Below are positions 23,513-36,622 of a stretch of 64,000 nt of DNA, one piece after another. Source of the DNA: Octopus vulgaris (Eukaryota); assembly GCA_951406725.2 (NCBI GenBank), contig OX597822.1, forward strand, positions 58,280,001-58,344,000. Reading direction: 5' to 3'. Position 1 is the stretch's first letter. Each line of letters opens with the position of its first letter. The notes beneath the pieces were generated by a model, which searched no databases, was not told the DNA's origin, and was given only the letters and a program-made list of their open reading frames with translations. Both the position numbers and the translations under genes were made by a program.

Positions 23513-23860
23513 ATGGCACCTTGGACAAATGTTTTCTACTATAGTCTCAGGCCAACCAAAGCCATGTGAGTGAATTTTGCAGATGGAAACTGAAAGCTCA
23601 TCACATGTGTGTGTGTGTGTGTATGTGTATCTTTGTATCTGTGTTTGTTTCCCACCACCACTTGACAACTGGTGTTGGTGAGTTTATGTCCCCATAACTT
23701 AGCAGTTCAGTAAAAGACACAGATAGAATAAGTATCAGGCATTAAAAAACAAAACAACAAAAAAAAAGTATTGTGATCAAATCATTCAACTAAAATTCTT
23801 AAAGGTGGTGCCCCAGCATGACCGCAGTCTAATGATTGAAGCTAATAAAAAATAAAAAGA
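23513..23860 (+). mobile_element. SINE family A, 5'-truncated
   Basis: CORE-like box through tail GGTGGTGCCCCAGCATGACCGCAGTC. Confidence 0.88.
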
Positions 23861-24444
23861 TATCAGTGAGATTGTGAGGTTAAAATGAATAAACCTTTAA
23901 ACCAGATAAAGCAGGTTTATTAATGGTTGTATTATAGACCAAACAGGGAGCAGGAACTACTATTACTTCAAAGGATTCCTAGCAACAAAACACCTGCTTA
24001 TTCAATTTATGCAAACACATGAACCTTCCAAACTGTCTGCATCCTCTCTTATGTTCTTTCTCTTCATTTGAAAAATGATAAATATATGTGAACAGGTTTT
24101 GTTTTGTGCATGTATGTGTTGTGGGTGTTGCTTATAGCCACAGAGCAGGCCTATATAAGATTAAACATATTCCACCCATGAGTACATCATCATCATCATG
24201 TGTAATGTCCACTTTTTTTATGCTTCCAGGAGTTGGACAGAGTTTATTGAGGCAGGTTTTCTACAACCAAATGCTGCTCTTGTCACCACCTCTTACTTGT
24301 TTCCAAGCAATGTAATATTTCCCCCATGGCCAGACATGGCCTCTGTGAACTGAATTTCTCAACCTTACAGCCACGCCTGTGCCTACAGTCAGCAGTTATC
24401 AATTATTAAATGAAAACTACCTCCTACTCATCAAACTTATAAGA

Positions 24445-24870
24445 GCACAGGCATGACTGTGTGGTAAGAAGCTTGCTTCCCAACTACATGGTTTTAGGAT
24501 CAGCCCTGCTGTGTGGCACCTTGGGCTAATGTCTTCTACTATAGCTCGGGCGCCGACCAAAGCTTTGTGAGTGGGTTTGATAGACAGAAACGTGTGTGTG
24601 TGTCACAAGCAAATATATGTATATGACAGAAACACATATATATGTGTGTATGTATGTGCGTGTGTCCGTGTGTTTATCTCTCCCATCACCACCTGACAAC
24701 TGGTGTTGGTGTGTTTACATCACCGTAGCTTAGCAGTTCAGTAAAACTGACTGATAGAATAAGTACTAGGCTTAAAAGAAAAATAAGTCCTGGGGTCGAT
24801 TTATTCGACCAGAAGCCCTCAAGATGGTGCTGTAGCATGGGCACAGTCAAATGACAAACAAAAAAGTAAG
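24445..24870 (+). mobile_element. SINE family A
   Basis: Head, spacer and tail all recognisable. Confidence 0.9.
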
Positions 24871-25049
24871 GAGTAGACGAATAAGGGGAACAATCTACAT
24901 AGTTACTTGACCACCTATAAATAGCAGCCAAATCACTCTCAAAATATACCATGCCATTTTCAAAAGGGACACATTGAATATGATGGTCACGACTGGAATG
25001 CCACTGTTTGTAAAGAGTTAACTAGGGGCTAAATAACAATAACAACCGA

Positions 25050-25360
25050 AGAAGTCTTAAATAACACACTGCAAAAAGCACAGTAGAACTGGGGTGGAAA
25101 TCCAAACAGCCCCAACAGATGAGAAGGCAAGTGTAAGGAAGGGAGGAGGTGAAAGATTAGCTTCCCCAATAGCTCAACTAGTTTCAACAAGCTGAACAGG
25201 AAGTACAGACAGAGGAATGGTGTCACATGAACCTTTTTAACAGGCAGTTAATTAGTGTAACGGAAGGAGAATCTTCAGTCTTTCAGAGCAGTGAAGGATG
25301 AAAGTATGAGGAGATGACAAGGAATTGATTCCATGTAGGAATACTTTGGAGGCCAGGAAT
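25050..25360 (-). mobile_element. Old L2/CR1 ORF2 C-terminal remnant
   Basis: FLCLYFLF...ELL...SHLL/AVWISTP resembles the HRR.V.SL.LFY.YF...SEL...HPFAV pattern. Confidence 0.45.
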
Positions 25361-25703
25361 CTTTGAACCAAAATAATAATAATAATAAAGAAAATGATTG
25401 CAGTTCTCCACAAGCCACACATTTTATTCATTTATTCGATAACAGCCAAACAGAGAAATAATTCACTCCAACCCATTCTGCCAACCGTTCTGTCTAAGGT
25501 GGTTAACCCAGAAATGGGTGGTTATAAAAAGAAAGTGTTCTACAGCCTCTGAGAAAGGTTAAGGATGCTGGGTATGTGGGCAATATCTTTCCAAAAGACT
25601 GACAATGGGAAAAAACAAATAGATAAATGGTAACAGCAGGCTGAGAAGAAACAAAATTTGACTCAAATATTCAGTTATGTGGCTTACATTGGAAACTATT
25701 TAA

Positions 25704-26252
25704 CCCTTTAGTATTCGCATTATTATGTTTAAGGTAGGGCTCCAGCATGGCCACAGTCAAATGACTAAAACAAATAAAAGAATAAACTAATATTTCTATA
25801 TTTAAGAGATGAGGAAAGATGTACATTATTTACATTCAACGGAAATTTGTCCTCATCTTTTTGTTGTTAACACGTTTTGGCTGATATACCCTCCAGCCTT
25901 CTTCAGGTGTCTTGGAGACATTTCGAACCTGGGTTCTCATTCCTAAGATATTTTTCGATGTTGTTATTATTATTATTATTATTGTTCAGGACACTGCTTG
26001 GAATCAAACTCGGAATCTTGGGGTTAGTAGCCCGTTCTCTTAACCACTATGCCATATGCTCGTGGGCATATTTACTTACTTTGATTTTGAGTCAATCATG
26101 CATTATCTCATAGCTATGAAATTTTGATGAAGTAACTATAAATTTTTAAAATGACATTGCAGGACTGGTGTGAGAGGCTAGATCTGGACAATTTGAACAT
26201 GAAAATAAGTTCAATATTTTGGGCAGATATGGCTGATTTAAATGCTAAATGG
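25704..26252. mobile_element. TTAA-flanked piggyBac-type MITE family A (interrupted); other copies 42965-43314, 44679-44879, 45023-45227, 46888-47017, 49589-49800
   Basis: TTAA|CCCTTTAGCATTCAGA ... AATGCTAAAGGG|TTAA termini and a shared ~210-bp body. Confidence 0.88.
25795..26067 (-). mobile_element. tRNA-derived SINE with Penelope-type hammerhead-like 3' region
   Basis: Minus strand: TGGCATAGTGG (A box), GAGTTTGATTCC (decayed B box), (AAT)n, then ACAC-CTGAAGA-A-GGCTG-gagggtatat-CAGCC-AAAA-CGTG, then hairpin AGATGAGGA...TCCTCATCT. Confidence 0.7.
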
Positions 26253-26867
26253 TTAAGACATTTTGTATAACTGATGGAGGGATGAAAAAATGGCTTGTAC
26301 AACACAGCATTTGCAACACTGCATATCTTCAACTTTGGTTCCATAGCCGACTGGAAAATCACAAACAATACCTATGTAATATTGCAAGAATGTTATACTG
26401 CAGACCAAAATCAGTTTAGAACACTAATAAAGGAGGGGAGGGGAAGTGACTTTCTAAAATTCACTAAAAAAACATGATTAATGAGAGGTGCTTCACAAAC
26501 CCCACCAAGGTCGACTTTGCTTTTAATCTTTTCTGGGTCAATAAAAGAAGTACCAGTTGAAGACTGAGGTTGATATAATCAACTTACCCCTCCCCTGAAA
26601 TTGTTGGCTTTGTGCCAAAATTTGAAATCATCATTATCATTATCATTATTATTATTATTTAGGCAGAGAGCTGGCACACCAGGTAAAATGCTTAGTGGCA
26701 TTTCATTCAGCTTTACATTCTGGGTTCAAATTCTGCAAAGGTCGACTTTGCCTTTCATCCTTTTAGAGTCGATGAAATAAGTACCACCAATCAAGTTAAT
26801 GTGGTTAAGGTAATTTACGAGTCCTCTCCTCACAAATTTCAGGTTTTGTGCCCATTGTAGAAAACAT

Positions 26868-27710
26868 TATTACCCTGCGCGCATAAGCAAAAGCAGGGTA
26901 TTGTAATCACTCATCTTAGTGATCTTTGTCTGTGTTTGCAAAATTACCGGAAAACAGCTGAACAGATTTTCACCATATTTGGCATACTTGTTGGGTGAAT
27001 GGCTCGAAATGATGAACATTTGGTTTGATTATCTTTAAAAAAATCCAAAAGAAATTGAACTTACAAACTCCCCAATAAGAAAAGTGGTCATATTATTTTG
27101 CTCACTTTCTTTTTGATATGAACTGACCCTTGTTTGCGTGTGTATAGATCATGATGTACCTATGCACATAGACACACGTGCATACATACATACATAAACA
27201 TGTGACTCTGCATGTGTGTGTGTGTGTGCATGTGTACAGTGCCAAATTTGAGGGTTTTGTTTATTTATGACTTGATTTCTTTTTCACTGGAGTATAAATA
27301 CTTATATAATAGTGATACTTAAAATAAATAAAAATTGGACTTAACAAATTTTCCAATACGCAAGTTGTCATTATTTTGTTCACTTTCTTTTTCATATGAA
27401 TCAACCCTCATCAGCACGTGTATAGATCATGGTGTACCTATGTGCATAGACACATGTGAGTACATACATGCTTGCATACACAGATATGTGCGTGTGCACA
27501 CAGATGGATTCAAGGGATTTTATTTACTTATGAGTTGATTTCTTAATGTCACCAGAGTATAAATACCTATAATAGTGATACTTAAAAAAAAAAAAAAATT
27601 ATTTTACTTCAATTAAAAAGCATGGGTAAGCAATGCATTGTAAGCCACACTATAATTTGTAAAAAATTTATCTGTACACAGGGTATGCAATGCCCCTCTG
27701 ATACCTTTTC
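26868..27710 (+). mobile_element. DINE-1-like non-autonomous Helentron derivative (HINE) with internal ~280-bp tandem duplication
   Basis: 5' inverted pair TACCCTGC (26871) / GCAGGGTA (26893), short GTCTGTGT tract and GATTTTCACCATATTTGGCA core, 3' CAGGGTA (27679) with GGTAT...ATACC stem and T-run; 27050-27330 duplicated at 27333-27590. Confidence 0.7.
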
Positions 27711-28699
27711 TTTCCATTATTATTATGTATCTAGTGTAGTGATTTTCAACCAGGGACCATTTGACCCCCGTATTTTCAGACACCATATAAAAATGAACAT
27801 TTCAGAGGCCACAGACAAATTTAAATGGCCAACATAAAAAAATCCTCCTCTTGGCCCAGTCATTACATTACAATTATCATGATTGTTTCTACAGTATTAA
27901 TATTGGATATTACAATAGTTGTGTTATTGGTTTTTTTACTTATCTAAATCTCTTATCTAAATGAATCTGGTTTTAACCAAGTGACTTTACTATCAAAAGC
28001 TTACAAGCTTTGATATTGTAAGAAGACATGATCTCCATTTGTTACTAACAACACTGTCCCACATAGTGAAACACTTGTGAAGTTAGTATCATTCACAAAG
28101 CTTACATTGAATAAAGAACATATAAAAATATTTTTGTCACTATATCTCAAAGATTTCTTTTTCATGGGATGAAATAATGTACACATTATAAAAGTTATTT
28201 TAAACAGTCCTTGTAAATTGTTGTTCTACTGCATATGTATATAGAATTGCCTATAAAGTTATAGAAATTGTTTCTATAAACTTTTCTTTTATACAATACA
28301 GCTACAATCAACAAACACTGCAAATAGTTTCTTTCAATTAATAGCATCTGCGATTGGGAACTCAGAAGATAAAAAGACAGATTCATTGGTATTGTATATG
28401 GAATATTTTTACCATTATATTGAGCTAGCAGCTGCTACTTTGAAAGGCAGTCCTAGCTTCTGTGATATCATCTGAGGCTCTATGAGGATCAATTAATTGG
28501 TCAGTAGGAAAAGTCTTCAGAGATTCTATGGCCAATAATTATATGTAAGGAGTGTTGTCACTTAAATCTGAGAATTATTTTTGAGAAGAGAAGGATGCAG
28601 TTAATGAGCTCATATTTTGGAATATAATATATTACGTTATAATGAATAAGAAATTAGAAATAGTTTTGAATTTCTGTGTTTCATATAAGATATATGTGC

Positions 28700-28935
28700 T
28701 CATGCCATGTTGAGAGCACTTGTGCCAGTGCCATGTTAAAAGCACTTGTGTTGGTGCCATGTAAAAAATGCACCCAGTACACTCTGTAAGGTGGTTGAGA
28801 TTAGGAAGATCATCCAGCCATAAAAACCATGTCAAAACAGACAATTGGAACCTAGGCAGCTCCCTAGCTGCCCAGCTCTTGTCCAACCATCCATACCAAT
28901 GCTAGCATGGAAAACAGATGTTAAATGATGATGAT
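28700..28935 (+). mobile_element. RTE-tail retroposon family C; other copies 32990-33285, 34280-34480, 36770-36960, 43082-43230(-), 43690-43860(-), 45255-45570(-)
   Basis: GTGGTTGGCATTAGGAAGGGCATCCAGCC...CCATGCCAGCATGGAAAGCAGAYATTAAA(YGA)n, the same 3' end that follows the RTE ORF at 31285-31415. Confidence 0.8.
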
Positions 28936-29799
28936 ATACATACATATCAGATGGGAAGGGATTTTATCCTTCACCAGCTTCTACATGTGGTTAAAGACCA
29001 TGTTGAAGACCTTATGTAGAAGCTGCCGAGGACTAAACATATGGTAACATTACCAGCAGAGAAGTGTGTGTGGCTGCATGCAAGGGTTAAAAATGCCTAT
29101 TGAAGAATTTAGTTATGGTCCTTTACTGTGGGCAATAAAATAAAGTACCACTCAAGCACTGGGGCCTGTTTGTATGACTGTAATGTTATTTGCATGAGAT
29201 TGAAGTTAAGAATGCAAATGCTCAATTCCGTTTCACTCTATAATTATTCATTTAGCTATGTATTTAGCGATATGTTATAGCAAAGTTAAGAAATCCAATT
29301 GTTCGATTCTGTTTACTTTTGCACTAAATCTCAAAAATTCCATCTCTTCATTTGTTTTGTTTTGTTACCTGCTATCTCATCCAAGTGGTCCATTGTTTCG
29401 TAGACTAGCCCTAATTCTCAAAAATTTCACTGCTCTCCCTCTCTCTGTTTTGTTAACCACTTGTTTTCCCAGGTTGACTGTTAATTAGTGGCTCGTTTGT
29501 CTGTGGCTATACCACATCGGCCATAGCTAGAGAATAGAAGAGACATAATGTTTGCCATTGGTGGCGTGCCCTCCCATCCCACCCCACCACCTATACTTTC
29601 TCCTCTAATGTCTTTCTCCTGAGCACCTCTAACAGTTAACTATACAGAACACTCTGCCCCTCCCTCCCATCCCTATCTAGTGTCTATCTCCCTTTGAATG
29701 TAGTGAAAATGAAACGAATATAATGATGATGAAGTGTATGCATGTTGAAGCCTATCTGTGTTTACAAGATTTACCAAATGCACATGCGAGCTTTCTTTT

Positions 29800-31415
29800 C
29801 AGATGCATAATGCTGCTGTCCCCCATGTGGAAGGTGTGGATGATGGCTCACTTGCATCTAATGATGCTGCAAAGACAGAGACTTGGAGGTGCCACTATGA
29901 AAGTTGCTAAATGAAGAGAATGAATGGGAGAAAAGAAGTCTGTCAAATGTCAACCCAACAGAGGGGCCAGCTATCCGAATTGACAGCACCTTGGTAGATA
30001 AAGTAATTAAGGGTATGAAGACAGGGAAAACCCTGAGCCCATAAGGAATCACTGTTGAGATGCTTAAAATATGATGGTGTAGGCTATAGTCTAGTCACTC
30101 TTATAGTTAACCAGGTGATACACGAAGGACTCATACCCAATGACTGGTGTAGCAGCACCATAGTCAACTGCTACAAAGATAAAGGTGATGCCTTAGAAAT
30201 AATTACAGAAGTATCAAATTGTTGGATCAGGTGATGAAAGTCATAGCCCAACTAATTAGAAAGAGGGAGTTAGCTTAGATGCAATGCAGTGTGAGTTTGT
30301 GACAGGGAGAAGTACCATTAATGCTTTATTTCTGGTAAGACAGCTGCAGGAGAAATTCATAGCCAAAGATAAACCTCTGTACTTGGCTTTTGTTGACATA
30401 GAGAAAGCCTTTGACAGGGTCCCCCAATCTCTTATCTGGTGTTCAATGTGGAAAGTAAGGATAGATGAGTGGTTGGTGAGAGCTGTACAAGCCATGTACA
30501 GGGATGCTGTCAGTAAGGTGAGGGTTGGCAACAAGTATAATGAAGAATTCCGGGTGGAAGTAGGGGTTCACCAAGGATCAGTCCTCAGCCCTCTCTTCTT
30601 CATCATAGTCCTCCAGGCAATAACAGAGGAATTCAAGACAGGCTGTTCCTGGAAGCACCCCCATGCTAATGACCTTGCTCTAATAGCTGAGTCACTACCA
30701 GAACTAGAAGTTTCAGGTGTGGAAGCAAGGTCTAGAATCGAAGGGCCTTGGAGTCAATCTAACAAAAACCAAAATCTTAATAAGTAGGAAGGCAGACAAA
30801 TCACAAATCCTATCAGGTAGATGGCACTCTCAATCTGTAGAAAAGGGGTAGGTAGAAACAAGGGCTTCTCGCTCAGAGTGAAATGTAGACTGTATGATGC
30901 ATGTGTGCGAAGTGAAACATGGCTATGACTGCTGAGGATATGTGTAGGTTTGAAAGAACTAAAGCTAGTATGCTCCGCTGGACGTGTAATGTCAGTGTGC
31001 ATGCATGACAGAGTGTAAGCACCACGAGAGAAAAGTTGGACATAAGAAGCATCAGATGTGGTGTGCAAGAGAGACAACTGCACTAATAAGGTCATGTGAT
31101 GCATATTGATGAGGATAGCTGTGTGAAAAAGTGTCACACCCTAACAGTGGAGAAAACCTATGAAATAGGTAAACCCAGAAAGAGGCGAAGGACAATCCTT
31201 GAATCTTGGGCCTCACAGAGGCAATGACAAGACCTTTGGAGATATGCTGTGCTTGAAAAGACCTAGTAAGCCAAGTCGTAGAAACCAAGCCAGCTGTAGA
31301 AACCTTGCCCAATCAGATTGGAGCCAGGTGCAGCCTCCCAGCTTGTCAGTTCTCAGTGAAACCATCCAATCCATGCCAGCATGGAAAGCAGACATTCAAC
31401 AATGATGATGATGAT
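29800..31415 (+). mobile_element. RTE-clade LINE, decayed reverse transcriptase plus 3' tail
   Basis: IPNDWCSSTIVNCYKDKGD..NYRSIKLL..MQCEFVTGRSTINALFLVRQLQEK..LYLAFVDIEKAFDRVP..GVHQGSVLSPLFFIIV..HANDLAL (YADD decayed); (GAT)n tail. Confidence 0.95.
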
Positions 31416-33616
31416 TACACCTATGTTAGAAATTACTGTAATATAAAAGCCTAATTAAGGGATCTTTTGAAGGTGAGTCCTTAGTTCTGGTCACATGGCA
31501 TTATATACAAAATTTCCTTCTGGATATAAACAATAGGCATGCAAAGAAAGCATTCCCATAACTGATCTGCTACCAATATCTGACGACCAGGTAAACTGAG
31601 GCATTGTAGAATTAAGTACCTCCATCTCCTCAATATAAAAGAGCAACACCAACTTGGTCATTTCATTTCAACTTGTTGAAGCTAGACAGAGAAACAGAGG
31701 TAGAGAGAGAAAGAAAGACAGCTGTGTATAAGTATTTACATACACACACACAGAATTAGATGAACAGATAAAACCCAAAATAAAAGCAGACAGCTAACAA
31801 CAGTCAGACAACAGATGAAGGCTGATAGGTAACAGACAGATGAATGGTAGATAGAGACATAAATAGATAATTGAATTGATGGATGGCTGTAGATAGTATA
31901 TATAGATAGACAGATGTGTGTCGGCAGTATAACAGCGTGGGAGGATGTTAACAACTAAAATATACTTGTATTACAAAGCTTGTGAGGTCAAACCCCTACT
32001 CCCACCGCCATGTTAAATAACATCACAAACCTATCATTTTCCTAGTGAACACTAAACCACCACAGACATACTAAAAGTACTATCTGTTTTGATACTAAGT
32101 GCAATGTACTGTTTGTTTTACATGTAGCTGACCTTTCACTGTTACCCCCATGGTTGGTCTATACTAACTAAACTCCTGATTATTACATTTGAAAGTATGT
32201 TGTTGTTGTTATTTTTATTATTATTATTATTATCATCATCATTTTATTAAAGCTGTGAGCTGGCATAACCGTTAGCTGGACACAATGCTTCAAAGTCCAC
32301 CAAGGTTGACTTTGCCTTTCGTGCTGTCAGAGTCAATAAAATAAATACCAGTTGAATACTTGGGGTTGTTGATGTAATCAACTAGTCTCCTCCCCCTACC
32401 AAAATATTCAGGCCTTGTGCCTATATAGTAGAAAGGATTATTACTAGTAGTAGTAATAGTTGTAGGCTGGCAGAATCATTAGAGCATTGCATAAAATGTT
32501 TTACAGCCTTTGCTTTGAGTTCAAATCCTGCCATGGCCCACTTTATGTTTCCAACTTTTTTCAGTCATTAAATCAATTGGAGTTGATTTTATCAATTCAC
32601 AATGATGCTTTGTGAAATCTCAGCTCAATCAGCATTCTTTTCGTTTGTTTGTTTCTACACCCACTTCTCCGTGTCAGCATAGATTAAACATATTTATTAT
32701 TAAGGCATTGTTTTATAATTGGAAACCTTTCCTGTTGCTAACCCTTACCTGTTTTTCAAATAAGTGATTCATCTTCAAAGGTACAAAGCAAACAAACAAT
32801 TTGTTGACAAATGGCAACAACAAACATCACTCCAAGTGAATGACTTGCAAAATCACAAGCTGTCAATGGCAGAAGACTTTGGACTTCAGATTTCTAATGA
32901 AGTGACTCTTCCTGCAGCTCTAATGTCTGCTGCTTTTGGTAATAACCCTTTCCTATCTTTTCCTTCTTCCACGCATACACACTTGTCCTTTCAGGTGCTG
33001 GTGCAACTTAAAAAGCACCCATACCAGTGCTGTGCTGACACATCCATACTGGTGCTGCATTAATGCATCTGTGCCAGTGCTGCATAAATGCACCCGTGCC
33101 AGTTGCACATAAAAAGTACCCAGTACACTCTATTAAGTGGTTGGCATTAGGAAGGGCATCCAGCCATAGAAACCATGGCCACAACAAACAGTTGAGAGTC
33201 TGGACAACTCTCTGCTAGCCAGCATCACGTCAAACCATCCAACCCATGCCAGCATGGAAAGCAGATATTAAACGATATTGATGATGTGATGAACAATTAC
33301 AGAAGTGTTTCATCACTAATTTGCAAACTTTATCTTCAAGATGGTAGCTCTTGTCTTCAGAAGCATTATGTTTTGAATTATCCCCTGACATAGTCAACCA
33401 TAACCTGTAGAGAACTGAAGTAAACAGCCAAAAAGAACCACTGAACCAAAAGCAACAATAAATTTTCAAGACCTTACACAATGATTCCTAATAGCTTGTA
33501 TACTGCACCTGCTAAGGAAGAATTCAAAGCCATGAAGGGAACAGTGAGCAATACATTTATCTGAATTTAAATAGTCACTATCTTTATTAAACATGGTAAA
33601 TTTTGAGGGTTGTAGT

Positions 33617-33847
33617 TAGTGCTACCTTCAGGCATGAAAACGCTGGGCAGTTACTAAGGGGTTTCATGGGTTCAGGAGCCTAATTCTAATTTATGAATGT
33701 TGTTGTAGTTTGTTGTCAATGAGTAAATGTTTTAACTGTGAGGAACATGATGGGTCTAGGGGCCTAATTCTATGTACGCCATGGGTTGCTCTTGGTAAGT
33801 AAATATTATAGGGCCTGGGGACCTACAATGCTGCTAAGACAACCCTG
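33617..33847. mobile_element. hAT (Tip100-like) MITE
   Basis: 8-bp target duplication GTTGTAGT/GTTGTAAT, right end TAAGACAACCCTG, internal repeat GGGTYYAGGRGCCTAATTCTA. Confidence 0.6.
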
Positions 33848-34489
33848 GTTGTAATAAGTATTCAATTGTTTTTGGTAGGCATTTGGTGAGAAGGGTTGAA
33901 AAACACTCATCTAATGAATGCCATACAAAGCACTGGAGCCAGGATTGAATCTTTCTTTTCATAGTTGATTCAACCAAATACATATTTAGTACAAGGAAGC
34001 ATGTCTAGACAAATACATTCTTAACATTAACTGAAGTAGCTGCACTGTTCAACAAAAGTGGTTCTCCAGATTATTCAACTTTCTTTATTCCAGTTTCCAT
34101 AGACAGGGAATCTGTTTATAGTATTAATGTCAACTGTAAACTGAAAAAATATGTATAGCTAGGTAGTTCCTTCAGCAAGACATCTGTTCTGTTTGAAGCC
34201 CTTCTTTTTACTTTAACCTCTAATCTCCAAGCATGAAGCTGCCTCCATCTCTACTATAAACCCATTCAGTCAAAGCTCTCTGGCTTGCAAGCTGTACAGT
34301 AACTTCACTAGTGCTGGTGCCACTACAATGTACTCAGTAAATTCTGTAAAGTAGTTAACATTAGGAAGAGCATCCAGCCACAGAAACCATACCAAAGCAG
34401 ATATTGGAACACAATGCAGCCCTTTGGACCCATTAGATCCTGTCAAACTGCCCAACCTATGTCAACAAGATGGACATCAAAAATGTCCT

Positions 34490-35115
34490 GTGTCACAGCA
34501 CCTCTTATGTGTCCATAGCTGGGACTGGATACACCATATGGAATTTCTATCTACACTTTTCCTACATAACAAGCAGGGTCATATACCTGAAGGGATTTGT
34601 AACTTGTCTGCTTTCCTACTTACTAGGACTTTGGTTTTTGCTAAATTAACTCTAAGGCCCTTTGATTCCAGACTTTGCTTTCACACCTGAAATTTCTTCT
34701 CTAATTCTTGTTGGAATTCAGCAAGGTCATCAGTGTAGAGGAGCTCCCAAGTGCAACCAATCTTAAATTCCTGTTATGGCCTGGAGGACTATGATAAACA
34801 AGAGCGGACTGACAATTGGTCATTGGTGAACTCCTACCTATACACTAAATTTGTTGCTATACTCATTATATATCTCTGTATATGGCTTGTACAGCTGTCA
34901 CCAACCACTCACCTATTCCTAGCTTCCACACTGACCACCAGATAAGGAAGTGAGCAAGAGACCCTATCAAAACAGCTATCTGCACATTAACAAAAACCAA
35001 GTACAGAGGTTTATTTTGGATTAAGTGCTTCTTCTGCCAAACGAGGAAGGTAGCATTAGTAACGCTTCCCCCTGGCACAAAACCAAACTGCGCCACATCT
35101 AGGTGCTTCTCCCAG
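34490..35115 (-). mobile_element. RTE LINE RT fragment
   Basis: QFGFVPGGSVTNATFLV..KPLYLVFVN..LIWWSVWKLGIGEWLVTAVQAIY and WELLYTDDL. Confidence 0.9.
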
Positions 35116-36259
35116 TCAATATATCTTGGTGTTAGTCATCAAATGTAACAACTCTATTCTCTCCAACTGATCTACTTGTACATGAACTATTCTATATAGC
35201 ACTGTCAAAAACTACACAGAGTGCTGCAGGTATAGTGACAATATTGGAAAAGGTCACCAACATTGTCATGTGCACTGCAGTCTTCCAGAGTTAAAACCTT
35301 CTCTTTATACTCTTCAGTTACTTCAAATAAATGTGTGTGTGTGTATGTGTGTTAGTACTACATTGTATTTACTATCCTATCTTATTTTTCTTAATGATCA
35401 ACATACATCATCATCAACAACTGCTGCTAAGCAAAGTGAGCGCAGGCAAGGAGGGGGGGCTACACTCATAATATGTGTGTGTGTGTGTGTATGTATGCAT
35501 GCATGTGCGTACATGCATGCGTGTGTAAAGAACATATCCTGTCTGGTGTCGACCTGACTGAGTGCCATTGTTTTCTTTATTTACCCACCACATGCACTTG
35601 TACCCTGTATTATAGTTTACTTTAAAACCCACCTAGGGTAGCTATTGTATTGTATGTGTAATATCTCAACCACAAACTTAGGTAGGGGTGCTGGGTGTTG
35701 GTGGTGTAAGAGTCATATGTCTTGTTTGGTTGTGGTGGACCCTAATTACAATCAAAATAGTTGGCCTAGTCAAACTATTTTGACTGGAGAAAGAGGCATT
35801 ATGCCACAGACACCGGAAATGGCACCTCAGCAGTGGTAAAAATAACAATAATAATAATAGTTACTGCAGCAATGGAAGGTTGTTGATGATAGTGGTATGT
35901 AGTAGTAAATGTGAGAATGCAGTAATGCTAGGAGGGGACGTGGGAGGAATGAAATGGCAATGACAGGTTATTGATATATGTCAGGAGCAAAACAAAGAGA
36001 AAAGGCTTCAAGTTGCTGACAAAGAAGTTTTCTTCCAATACTGAACTAACTTTGTTGAAATAAGAAAAAAGTTTACTTTCATACACCTACTTACTATCTA
36101 GAATCCTTAATAAATAAATATATAAATACATAAATCCCATAATTCAAAGAGTCAACTAGTAGATTGAATCAGCAAAATAAAACTATGGCCCAGTCCACCT
36201 CATCATATCATCTACTCCCTTCCTTCTATGATACATATATAATGTCCTATTCTACTGTT

Positions 36260-36622
36260 AGGAGTGGCTGTGTGGTAAGTAGCTTGCTTACCAACTACAT
36301 GGTTCTGGGTTCAGTCCCACTGTGACACCTTCTACTATAGCCTCAGGCCAACCAAAGCCTTGTGAGTGGATTTGGTAGATGGAAACTGAAAGAAGCCCAT
36401 CGTATATATATATATATATTTTGTATCTCTGTGATTTTCCCCCACCATCACTTGACAACCGATATTGGTGTGCTTACGTATCTATAACTGAGCAGTTAAG
36501 CAAAAGATATTGATAGAATAAGTACCAGGCTTACAAAAGAATAAGTCCTGGGGGTGATTTGTTCGACTAAAGGCGGTGCTCCAGCATGGCTGCAGTCAAA
36601 TGACTGAAATGAATAAAAGAAT
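36260..36622 (+). mobile_element. SINE family A
   Basis: Head to tail recognisable. Confidence 0.92.

Noticed and set aside
30284-30787. 167-aa RT ORF as an active or domesticated gene
   Set aside because: Catalytic YADD reads HAND, flanked by stops and frameshifts.
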